Of a DNA stretch of 32,000 nucleotides, positions 24,123-32,000 are shown piece after piece. The stretch is from Opitutales bacterium (GTDB lineage Bacteria > Verrucomicrobiota > Verrucomicrobiia > Opitutales > PNEW01), in contig CBDCNV010000001.1 in assembly GCA_965219535.1 (NCBI GenBank), positions 900,001 through 932,000 of the forward strand, written 5' to 3'. The position numbers were made by a program, and so were the translations under genes. The notes beneath the pieces are model-generated. The model ran no database searches. It saw only the letters and a program-made list of their open reading frames with translations, and was not told where the DNA came from. How positions within the stretch are numbered: position 1 is the first letter of the stretch; each line of letters opens with the position of its first letter.

Positions 24123-25196
24123 CTACGGTGATGGGGGTGTTGCCTCAATAAATTTTTCGCGCGATTCCGGGACCTGGTTAAAAACGTAGTTTGAGTAGGA
24201 GAGTGATACCCTTTGCATTATTGAATTCAGGCGGTCATTGGGATCAGAACTCTCATAGAATATAAATACAGGACCGGGTTCTGGCTCTTCAGGTTCCACT
24301 TCATCCTCGGATTCATTATCACTCAATTCAGAATTATCGCTCTCAACCGCGTCCTCTATTTCAGCGGGGCGTCGCCCGATATTTAAGCTATAGGTTTTAC
24401 CGTTAAAAAGCTCGAATTTGATCGAATGGGTATGATCTTTCGCTGCAATAGCATCAGGGTCATTAAGGTCGTGTACCTTCGTATAACGAGCGCTCGACAG
24501 GGTACTGATAAAGCTGGTAATTGCGCTTTCGTTTAATTTTTCATTCTCAGTCAGGTCTTCAGTGGTAAACTCACTTTCTGCTGTTTCTCGCTTTATTTTA
24601 AAGCCCGTTTCACTATTGGGAAATTCGAAATAAAGGGCGGTAACATCACTCGATTGAAAGAGCAACATACGCTTCTCCGGCCAATTATCCACATTGTTAT
24701 CGAAGTATGAAGTAAGATCTGCGAGGTAGGCTTCTGCCTCATCATTGAAGCGGACAAAGAGACCGCCCGATTGCCCGCGCTTCCCCGTTTCCATTGACCA
24801 GACTGTCTCCTCATTTGCTTTCAGCACGATTTTATGCTTACTGAATTCGAGTCTTTCCATTCGATCTTTCTTGCTCGTAACAAAGCGAAGTATGTCAGCT
24901 TTGAGCAAGCTGCTTATAAAGCTGTCCAATTTGGAGAATTCAACGGGTAGAAGATAATAGTCCGGTAACACCCAAGTCCCTTTATCATCCTTCTTAACGT
25001 GTACTGTTTTGTTCTCAGTAATGTTTTTAAGGACAATTTCTGAAATGTCCTTCAACAATTCAGGATCAACTAATTTTTTACCAACTTTGCTGCTAATTTC
25101 TGGCTTTCCTGTATCTCGATTGGACAGCCAATAACCGACAGCAGCCACTGACGCGAGGATAAGAAGTGAGAAAATAATCGTTTTAATTTTCATCAC
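24123..25196 (-). CDS. DUF4340-like membrane-anchored protein, last gene of the ABC-2/GldG-like operon
   Basis: 357-aa ORF with the N-terminal anchor IIFSLLILASVAAVGYWL. The start (GTG 25196 or ATG 25193) overlaps the stop of the upstream gene (GTGATGA), which suggests translational coupling. The family call rests on the conserved operon context and is from memory. Confidence 0.6.
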   Translation of the reverse strand: MMKIKTIIFSLLILASVAAVGYWLSNRDTGKPEISSKVGKKLVDPELLKDISEIVLKNITENKTVHVKKDDKGTWVLPDYYLLPVEFSKLDSFISSLLKADILRFVTSKKDRMERLEFSKHKIVLKANEETVWSMETGKRGQSGGLFVRFNDEAEAYLADLTSYFDNNVDNWPEKRMLLFQSSDVTALYFEFPNSETGFKIKRETAESEFTTEDLTENEKLNESAITSFISTLSSARYTKVHDLNDPDAIAAKDHTHSIKFELFNGKTYSLNIGRRPAEIEDAVESDNSELSDNESEDEVEPEEPEPGPVFIFYESSDPNDRLNSIMQRVSLSYSNYVFNQVPESREKFIEATPPSP

Positions 25197-27106
25197 GCAT
25201 TAGCTATTTGGCGTTTACTACGTTTCCTGAAAAAGTAGATGCTTAATAATCCAATAAGAACAGGCATAGTGATTAAATTGAATAAGGCCAATGTACGATT
25301 GAGCTTCTCGATATCTTCGCGCAATCGCTTACGGATTTCACGCAATTCACCCCGTGTTTCAGCCTCCTGGAGACGATAATTTTCTATCGCCTTGCGAACT
25401 TCGGGGCTGGCTATCAGATTCTGCTGATCTTGTTGCTGTTCGAGGAGGCCGTTTAATTTTCTTTGCACATCCCCCAGCTTATTCTGCAATTCATCATATC
25501 GCATCTGGTATCGCTCTTGAGCTTTGGTCTCCAGTTCGCGGACGACAGTAAAGGGGCGCACGGCAGTTCCCTTTCCACGAAGAGAAATCAGGTCTTCGCT
25601 ACCGGAAAGAAATTCAAGTATATTGCTGACGAAATTAAGATTGTCATTCAGTGGACGGATAGATTGAAACCCTAGAAAGTTTAACTGTTCCACGCTGAAT
25701 TGATCAGCCATAAAATCGGTGTCCGCAATAAGCATCAGGGTACTGGAAGATTCACTTTCTTTTAAGCCTGGCTCAGGGGTAGCCGAAATGTCATTTAGTG
25801 AATTGAGGTTGGTATTATTTTCATCCGTTGATTCCTTTTCATCAATGGGCTTACCTTCTGGAAAAGCAGTTTTGAATTTTCCACTGATAATCGCGGCAAT
25901 AACTTTTTCTTCCAGCGTGGGGTTTACTTGCCTGGTAAGAGCATCCGGTGGCGTAAAGTTGAGAAGACTGGCACTTAACGCATCACTTTGTGTAGAGCTT
26001 TTAATAAGCGGGATAAGAGCGAGATCGCTTTCTTCCTTCAGGCTGAAGCTTCCCGTTTCAATGAGCAGCATATTATCCAGTTGGGCGGTGGGGGGAGACT
26101 CGGTGTTTAATTTGTCAATCGAAAGCCATGCTGGATAGCGTATGGGTTGGTTTCCCATTCCGGATTGTACCATCGAGGCATAGGAGAGATCGGCGACAAA
26201 AAAGCTGGGGTCGTATTCGATATCCCAGGTTTCGAAAAGACGGGGTAAGCTACTGGAGGTATTGGCACCGCCGCCCATCATCATCGCCTGTTGACCGATC
26301 TGGCCTTTTTGAAAAGTTGATGAAGGATCAACGGCGAGGAGAATGGGTCTGCCGGAAAGCAGAAATTGGTCAATTGCATAAGCCATCTTATCCGGCAGTA
26401 GTTGCGGATGAATTACAGCAAGCACATCGATATTTTCCTTAATCGATTCTGCCTCCTTATCTATTCCCTCGATTTCAAAAAAGTTACGCAGCTCCTGAAT
26501 GACGACCCAATCGTTAGGTAATTGCTGATTGGGCATCATGTAGCCTGGATCAGCAGGGCGGATTAAGGGAAGGGAAGAGAGGATACCCAGCCGCGGTAAT
26601 CGATACTGTTGTACGCGATAAATAGCGCGTGAAATATCATACTCGAGAAAAGGTTCACGCTGAAGGTTAAAGACAGGAATTGCTTTTTCCTGATCAGCCT
26701 GGATAGCGACGAGTCCGAAGAATAAAGTGTCACCGTTCCCAAGAGTTTGCCCCGAAATCCCCACTCGGATCGCTGCTTCCTCTTCTTTAGTGTCAGGTCT
26801 GGGATCGACAATTCTTAGTTCAATTCCTCCGCTCGCGTCACTATCATATTGCTTCAGTAATTCTTCGATTCTCGTGGCGTAATTTTTGAAAAGGATGGGT
26901 ATCCCTTCTGCGCTGCGGCTGAAATAAAATTCGAGAGTTATGGGATCCTCGATTTTATCTAAAAGTGCCTGCGTCCCGGGAGAGAGCGTGTAGAGCTTGG
27001 ATGAAGTAAAATCAATCTGGCCTGGTAGAAAGGAGGCGATAAAATTGACTAAGACTAATCCGACAATGAGAAGGAATAAGGCTATCCATTGAGTTGATCG
27101 ATTCAT
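25193..27106 (-). CDS. GldG-like accessory protein of ABC-2 transporters (ABC-type uncharacterized transport system family)
   Basis: 637-aa ORF with the N-terminal TM segment WIALFLLIVGLVLVNFIA followed by QIDFTSSKLYTLSPGT, which is typical of the family. It has a C-terminal coiled region and the TM segment LITMPVLIGLLSIYFF. Confidence 0.7.
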   Translation of the reverse strand: MNRSTQWIALFLLIVGLVLVNFIASFLPGQIDFTSSKLYTLSPGTQALLDKIEDPITLEFYFSRSAEGIPILFKNYATRIEELLKQYDSDASGGIELRIVDPRPDTKEEEAAIRVGISGQTLGNGDTLFFGLVAIQADQEKAIPVFNLQREPFLEYDISRAIYRVQQYRLPRLGILSSLPLIRPADPGYMMPNQQLPNDWVVIQELRNFFEIEGIDKEAESIKENIDVLAVIHPQLLPDKMAYAIDQFLLSGRPILLAVDPSSTFQKGQIGQQAMMMGGGANTSSSLPRLFETWDIEYDPSFFVADLSYASMVQSGMGNQPIRYPAWLSIDKLNTESPPTAQLDNMLLIETGSFSLKEESDLALIPLIKSSTQSDALSASLLNFTPPDALTRQVNPTLEEKVIAAIISGKFKTAFPEGKPIDEKESTDENNTNLNSLNDISATPEPGLKESESSSTLMLIADTDFMADQFSVEQLNFLGFQSIRPLNDNLNFVSNILEFLSGSEDLISLRGKGTAVRPFTVVRELETKAQERYQMRYDELQNKLGDVQRKLNGLLEQQQDQQNLIASPEVRKAIENYRLQEAETRGELREIRKRLREDIEKLNRTLALFNLITMPVLIGLLSIYFFRKRSKRQIANA

Positions 27107-27144
27107 GAGATAAAAAATGAAGGCTGGATATTGGTATTACCCCT

Positions 27145-27876
27145 TTAATATGAGCGTTCTAAAACTAAAACATTTAATAATAAGCTAAAACCTATGAGCG
27201 AGAGATAGAAAATAAGATCGGCAATCGTAATCAGTCCTTTAGTCATCGGATCGAAATGCGTGATAAAACTGAAATTGGACAGGGCATCGATAATCCAAAT
27301 GGGAATATGAATTGAGGTGAGCAGGTTATTGAATACACTCCAGCCGAGAAAAACCAGGATGAGGCAGATAATTACACTGAGGACAAAACTAATAACCTGG
27401 TTTTTCGTAAGCGCAGAGGTAAGCGAACAAATACTCAGGAATGCCCCAGCCATTAGAATGGTTCCGATATAGCCGCTGAATATGGGTCCCCAGTCAGGAT
27501 TACCGAGATAGGCAACGGTTATGGGCATGGTCAGCGTTAATAATATGGCCAGGGTGATAAATGCCCACCCGGCAAGGAATTTTCCTAATACTGCCTCGAC
27601 CGTCGTCACGGGCAGGGTAAGCAGTAATTCCCAGGTTCCCAACCTTTTTTCTTCCGCCCACAGGCGCATACCTACAGCGGGGATTAGAAAGAGAAATACC
27701 CACGGCATGAAAAGAAAAAATCGATTCAAGCTCGCATCATTGGCTGCAAAAAACTGCCCCACAAACCATGTAAGCCCGACAGATGCAATGAGAAAGACGA
27801 TGAGGAATACATAAGCTACCGGTGATCGGAAATAACCGAAAAATTCACGTTTAAAAATAGCATTGATCGTTCGCAT
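27145..27876 (-). CDS. ABC-2 type transporter permease (GldF-like)
   Basis: 243-aa ORF with about 6 TM segments and the N-terminus MRTINAIFKREFFGYFRSPVAYVFL, which is typical of ABC-2 permeases. Confidence 0.75.
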   Translation of the reverse strand: MRTINAIFKREFFGYFRSPVAYVFLIVFLIASVGLTWFVGQFFAANDASLNRFFLFMPWVFLFLIPAVGMRLWAEEKRLGTWELLLTLPVTTVEAVLGKFLAGWAFITLAILLTLTMPITVAYLGNPDWGPIFSGYIGTILMAGAFLSICSLTSALTKNQVISFVLSVIICLILVFLGWSVFNNLLTSIHIPIWIIDALSNFSFITHFDPMTKGLITIADLIFYLSLIGFSLLLNVLVLERSY

Positions 27877-27897
27877 AAGATATGAGCCTGGTAGTAT

Positions 27898-28818
27898 TTA
27901 ATTTTGTGTCAGGTTCCAGAAAATTTCATCCATATGAATGGGTGCTTTCTCGATGCTCGCAAGCGGCCAATTATTTTTCAAAGCGGTATCAAAAACAATA
28001 TTGATTATATCCTTTCCCTCTTTGGGAATCACTAGCATTACGTCACTGTTGGTTTTTATCTCTTTTACTTCGGGCAATGATTGTATCACTTCTTTTATCT
28101 GGGCGGTATCTTTATTCCTTAGTTTTATTTCCACCGCATTATAATGGGGATGGCGTTGACGCATCTCCTCAGGTCTCTCGTCGACAAGGATTTTTCCTTT
28201 ATCAATTATGATCACCCTATTACATACCGATTCCACTTCTTCCAGAATATGCGTCGAAAGGATAATTGCCTTTTCCTCCGCCATCGACGCGATTAAGTTG
28301 CGCACCTGTTTTTTTTGATTGGGATCGAGCCCATCAGTAGGTTCATCCATGATGAGGCAGGGCGGGTCATGAAGTATGGCCGATGCAAAACTCACGCGTT
28401 GGTGGAAACCCTTACTCAAGGTTTCTATAGATTGGTTGCATACTTCCTTGAGCTGACAGATCTCAATTGCGCGTTCTATTTTTTCATTTTTTTCCGCGGG
28501 TGGGTAAGCGGCGCGCATTTCCGCGATGAATCCTAAAATTTCAAGAACGGTCATTTCCTGGTAGAGGGGGCCGTTTTCCGGTAAATAGCCAAATAGTTTT
28601 TTTGCCGCGATTGGTTCCTCGTGAATATCCTTATTGCCAATACGTGCGGTTCCTGATGTGGAGGGGAGAAAGCCCGTCAACATCTTCATCGTCGTCGATT
28701 TACCCGCCCCGTTGGGCCCTAAAAATCCAAGGATGTCTCCCTTCTTGACCTGGAAACTGATATCATCAACGGCACGTATGTTTCCATAATCTTTTACCAG
28801 GTTTTCGGCTTCTATCAT
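27898..28818 (-). CDS. ABC transporter ATP-binding protein (GldA-like)
   Basis: 306-aa ORF with Walker A GPNGAGKST, the signature LSKGFHQRV, Walker B LIMDEPTDGLD, and the H-loop STHILEE. Confidence 0.9.
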   Translation of the reverse strand: MIEAENLVKDYGNIRAVDDISFQVKKGDILGFLGPNGAGKSTTMKMLTGFLPSTSGTARIGNKDIHEEPIAAKKLFGYLPENGPLYQEMTVLEILGFIAEMRAAYPPAEKNEKIERAIEICQLKEVCNQSIETLSKGFHQRVSFASAILHDPPCLIMDEPTDGLDPNQKKQVRNLIASMAEEKAIILSTHILEEVESVCNRVIIIDKGKILVDERPEEMRQRHPHYNAVEIKLRNKDTAQIKEVIQSLPEVKEIKTNSDVMLVIPKEGKDIINIVFDTALKNNWPLASIEKAPIHMDEIFWNLTQN

Positions 28819-28927
28819 AGGATGTATAAGTGGTGAAACAGATGGTCTGATCTATAGCTATGAAATAAGCGGCTCAAAATAGTTCCAGAAAAGAAAATAT
28901 TTTTTACCTTCTGTCCAGAGGAAAATT

Positions 28928-29307
28928 CAGTTTCCAATTAATTATGATAAATTTACAATAAAGCTTCGTCCACGCATGCCACGTCGTAGACTACTGGGGA
29001 AGACGGGTCTGCCTCTTCGTCTGCGTCCTTTCAATCACTAAATTAAATATCATGGTGGAACGCGCTGCCTGTCCGACATAGCCTTGGCAACGGCTGATCC
29101 CTAGCGCGTTTGATTATGTCGTGATTGAAAAATTGTGCTAGTGTTCAGCCTTAGTTATATATTATCAGGCTACATAGATCAGCAACCTGCACCAGCTTGG
29201 TTTGCAAGATTTATGTACAATTGTTCGAAAAGATCCACTAGAGACGCAGACGCGGACGAAGACGAAGATCCCTTGATGACTATTATGGCTCGCAGTTTCC
29301 AATTAAT
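28928..29307. mobile_element. ORF-less stem-loop element (about 350 bp) bracketed by a 15-bp direct repeat
   Basis: The direct repeat cagtttccaattaat occurs at 28928-28942 and 29293-29307; the second copy contains the dctM stop codon. Nested complementary arms are present: gcttcgtccacgc (28963-28975) pairs with gcggacgaag (29252-29261), and cgtctgcgtc (29018-29027) pairs with gacgcagacg (29243-29252). The inner hairpin is aacgcgct (29059-29066) / agcgcgtt (29103-29110), and its loop resembles the GC-rich core. Confidence 0.55.
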
Positions 29308-30682
29308 AAGTTAACTCGGGCAACCAGGTGACAAGAGAGGGAAATAGAAGAACGAGAATCAAGGTCAACAGTTGCAGGAGAATAAAAGGGACCGCCCCGC
29401 GATAGATGTTGACCAGTTCAATTCCTTTTGGGCATACCCCTTTGACATAAAATAAAGCGAATCCTACCGGTGGCGTAAGAAATGAAGTTTGCAGTGTTAC
29501 CGCGCAGAGGATGGCAAACCAGACAAGTTGTGCGTTCTCCAAGTTCGCAGTGACACTTTCGAGATTAAGCGCAGCAACTACCGGGGCAATGAGGGGAAGA
29601 ATAATGAGTGTGATTTCAATCCAATCAAGGAAAAATCCGAGTAGAAAAATGATAAAAAGAATGAGCACAATGAGTGAATAAGGCGCAATGTCCGCACCTA
29701 ATAAAAGACCGGAGATGAGATCGTCTCCACCGAGCAATCGAAGAACAAGTGAAAAGCATGTTGCCCCAATAAAAATCGCGAAAAGGAACCCCATTGTTTT
29801 CATCGTTTCAGCCAAGGCTGTTGGAAGAACATCGCTGCCTAGTTTACGGTTAAAAGCAGCGAGAAGAAGTGCCCCGAAAGCGCCTAAGCCACTTGCTTCG
29901 GTCGGAGTAGCGATCCCTAAAAAAATTGAGCCGAGAACAAGTATAATGAGCATCATGGCGGGGATAATTGCCAGGGCAAGTTCCCAAAGCACTGCCCAAC
30001 TCAGTTCACTGCGGTTTGCCGGCAAGGGTGCAGCTTCAGGTTTAAGCAACGCATAGATTAAAATATAAGTTCCATATAAAGTGGCGAGCATAAGGCCCGG
30101 AATGACAGCACCCATAAATAGGGCGCCAACGGATAGTTGTATCTGATCGGCCATAATAATAAGCATGATACTGGGAGGAAGAAGGATTCCCAGGGTACCC
30201 GCTCCGCAAACCGTACCTACAGCCAGTTCTTTGCGATATCCCTGATTGAGCATGGCGGGTAGTGATAGAATTCCCAGGAGCACGACCGAAGCGCCGATTA
30301 TTCCCGTTGAAGCGGCGAGTAAGACACCGATCAGGGTAACGCTGAGTGCGAGTCCCCCGCGTACGCGTCCGAACAGGTTTTGTAATGCATGCATTAATTT
30401 TTCTGCCACTCCTGATCGATCGAGCATGTGTCCCATAAAAATAAACATCGGCAGCGCGACGAGGACCCAATTATCAAGCAACTGATAAATGCGGTTAACG
30501 ATGAGTGAGAGCACGTTGAAGTCTAATCCGATAAATGTGCCGGCAAAATGATCAAGGCATATGGCTATCACGGTAAAGATAACGGCTAAACCGCCCAAGG
30601 CATAGGCTACCTGCACACCAAGAAGCAGGAGTGCGATAAATGACACAAAGAGAGCAATGATCAGGAAGGTAGTGAGATCCAT
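29303..30682 (-). CDS. dctM: TRAP transporter large permease subunit (DctM family)
   Basis: 459-aa highly hydrophobic ORF whose length and pattern are typical of DctM. It lies immediately downstream of DctQ- and DctP-like genes. Confidence 0.85.
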   Translation of the reverse strand: MDLTTFLIIALFVSFIALLLLGVQVAYALGGLAVIFTVIAICLDHFAGTFIGLDFNVLSLIVNRIYQLLDNWVLVALPMFIFMGHMLDRSGVAEKLMHALQNLFGRVRGGLALSVTLIGVLLAASTGIIGASVVLLGILSLPAMLNQGYRKELAVGTVCGAGTLGILLPPSIMLIIMADQIQLSVGALFMGAVIPGLMLATLYGTYILIYALLKPEAAPLPANRSELSWAVLWELALAIIPAMMLIILVLGSIFLGIATPTEASGLGAFGALLLAAFNRKLGSDVLPTALAETMKTMGFLFAIFIGATCFSLVLRLLGGDDLISGLLLGADIAPYSLIVLILFIIFLLGFFLDWIEITLIILPLIAPVVAALNLESVTANLENAQLVWFAILCAVTLQTSFLTPPVGFALFYVKGVCPKGIELVNIYRGAVPFILLQLLTLILVLLFPSLVTWLPELTY

Positions 30683-30702
30683 AGGGTCTAAAAAATAGTT
30701 GG

Positions 30703-31236
30703 CTAGTCCGCCGGGTGGTTTTCGTCACCGACAGTTTCGCTTCCTGTAGATAAGCGAATAATTCTGGTCACAGAATTTATTATCAGGAGTGCGGCCCCGA
30801 TAGGGATAAAAGCCTTGATTATCCAGCGCGAGGGAAGGCCTCCGGGTGCAGGTGATTTTTCACCCAGACGGAACGCTTCCTGTGTAAATTCCAGGCCCTC
30901 TAAAAAAACGAAAACCATCAGCGGGATGAGAAGAAAAAGGAGAGAAAATACTTCGACGATTCGTTTAATCCGAGGTGAAAAATGCCGATGGATGAGGTCA
31001 ACCCGGACATGCGCATCTTCCTTCTGCGCGTAAGCGAGGCTGATCATCACTACCACCGCGTAAAAATGCCATTGAAGTTCTGTCAGCGCAATCATGTCAC
31101 GACTGAAGACGTAACGAAGGATGACGTTCACAATAATCGCTAGCAGAAGTAATACCAACGCCCAAGAAAAAAAGCGGCCAATCCGAAATACAATCTTTCC
31201 AATAATCTCGGCAAAGGAATCGATTAACTTAAGCAT
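30703..31236 (-). CDS. dctQ: TRAP transporter small permease subunit (DctQ family)
   Basis: 177-aa ORF with 4 predicted TM segments, positioned between the DctP-like and DctM-like genes. Confidence 0.8.
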   Translation of the reverse strand: MLKLIDSFAEIIGKIVFRIGRFFSWALVLLLLAIIVNVILRYVFSRDMIALTELQWHFYAVVVMISLAYAQKEDAHVRVDLIHRHFSPRIKRIVEVFSLLFLLIPLMVFVFLEGLEFTQEAFRLGEKSPAPGGLPSRWIIKAFIPIGAALLIINSVTRIIRLSTGSETVGDENHPAD

Positions 31237-31247
31237 TGGCGATTTTC

Positions 31248-32000
31248 TTATCTACTGCGAGGGAGATAAGCTTTGGATCCCCAAGTTGCATATTGCTTTC
31301 TGAAATCAGAATAATCTTCCCAGACTTTTTGAAAGAAAGGATCGGCCGCCGTTTGTTCTTCGACGACTTCGAGCCATTTTTCTCTGTACGCTTCTATTAC
31401 CTCCGGCTGCCAGCTGAGGATTTCTACACCATGTTTCAACTCATTACGTTGGAGCACTGCCGCCTGACTGGCTTCACCAGTGGCAATAGAATGAACAATA
31501 GTGTCACGGCATGCCATTTCAATGATCACTTGCTGAGTGGACGATAAATTGTTCCATACATCCTTATTGATAAGCAGCTCGAACGCAGTCGCCTGTTGAT
31601 GCCAGCCGGGAAAATAATTATATTTTGCCAGTTTGTGAAATCCCATATTTTCATCGATGACCGGCATGGAAAATTCGGCTGCATCGATCACTTTCTTTTC
31701 TAACGCGGGGAATATCTCTCCGCCCGGAAGGATGTTAACCGAAACCCCCAGTTTTTGCATAACCCGACCACCGAGGCCAAAAAAACGCATTTTTAATCCA
31801 TTCAGATCTTCTACAGATTCAATTTTTTCCGAAAACCAGCCGGATGACTCAGGAGGAATGATCGCCATTAAAAGTACTTTCACATTGAATTCAGAGCGGT
31901 CATACATTTCCTGGTATAGTTTCATTCCATTTCCAGCGAGAAACCAGGCGAGGTATTCGCTTGCATCGGGACCGAACGGGACTGCGGAAAAGAGTGGGGC
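31248..32000 (-). CDS. dctP: TRAP transporter substrate-binding protein (DctP family), 5'-truncated by the window edge
   Basis: The ORF track starts at the internal Met at 31925, but the frame stays open to position 32000. The upstream codons read APLFSAVPFGPDASEYLAWFLAGNG, which is typical of the family. The gene order P-Q-M is canonical. Confidence 0.8.
   Translation of the reverse strand, partial: APLFSAVPFGPDASEYLAWFLAGNGMKLYQEMYDRSEFNVKVLLMAIIPPESSGWFSEKIESVEDLNGLKMRFFGLGGRVMQKLGVSVNILPGGEIFPALEKKVIDAAEFSMPVIDENMGFHKLAKYNYFPGWHQQATAFELLINKDVWNNLSSTQQVIIEMACRDTIVHSIATGEASQAAVLQRNELKHGVEILSWQPEVIEAYREKWLEVVEEQTAADPFFQKVWEDYSDFRKQYATWGSKAYLPRSR

Noticed and set aside
31248-31925. Treating Met 31925 as the start of the DctP-like gene, as in the ORF track.
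   Set aside because: The reading frame remains open to the window edge, and the upstream residues (FSAVPFGPDASEY..) are conserved family sequence. The gene is truncated by the window and does not start at 31925.
1-32000. tRNA, rRNA, tmRNA, integrase, transposase, toxin-antitoxin pairs or known defence genes.
   Set aside because: I could recognise none on either strand. The window's unusual content is confined to non-coding repeats and gene duplications.

Overview
The window holds about 22 protein-coding genes, mostly on the minus strand, and no rRNA, tRNA, CRISPR array, transposase, integrase or reverse transcriptase that I can see. The gene content fits a polysaccharide-degrading marine bacterium, possibly of the PVC/Verrucomicrobia type; that taxonomy is inference only.

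Genes, left to right:
- two tandem leaderless type I sulfatases
- a large secreted Ig-domain protein
- a GH51-like arabinofuranosidase
- a single 1094-aa fusion of a family-5 substrate-binding protein with an OppB/DppB-type permease
- a mixed block: PhyH dioxygenase, HD hydrolase, GNAT, membrane hydrolase-like protein, second PhyH dioxygenase
- a membrane di-iron desaturase followed by a paralog of the secreted protein
- an HpcH-family aldolase
- a four-helix-bundle (23S-IVS-protein/Avd-like) gene
- a second desaturase paralog
- an esterase
- a GldA/GldF/GldG-like ABC-2 operon with a DUF4340-like gene
- a TRAP transporter (dctPQM order, dctP cut by the window edge)

The coding content looks ordinary. 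The unusual part is the intergenic space, which contains at least three interrelated repeat systems:
1. A 157-bp element with 21-bp perfect terminal inverted repeats, in three near-identical copies, always at gene 3' ends.
2. A conserved GC-rich core of about 59 nt (three good copies plus several degenerate ones). Where flanking arms can be paired (4 of about 7 loci), they are short periodic arrays with a different 6-7-nt unit at each locus, in inverted orientation, predicting long stem-loops.
3. A GGTGGAACGCG hairpin family with variable loop size.

The four-helix-bundle gene sits inside the same kind of inverted periodic-arm structure, like a 23S rRNA intervening sequence but outside rRNA. 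One ORF-less element is bracketed by a 15-bp direct repeat that duplicates the dctM stop codon, which suggests insertion. I consider this IVS-like stem-loop cassette family the best candidate for something undescribed. All functional interpretation of it is inference from sequence alone.
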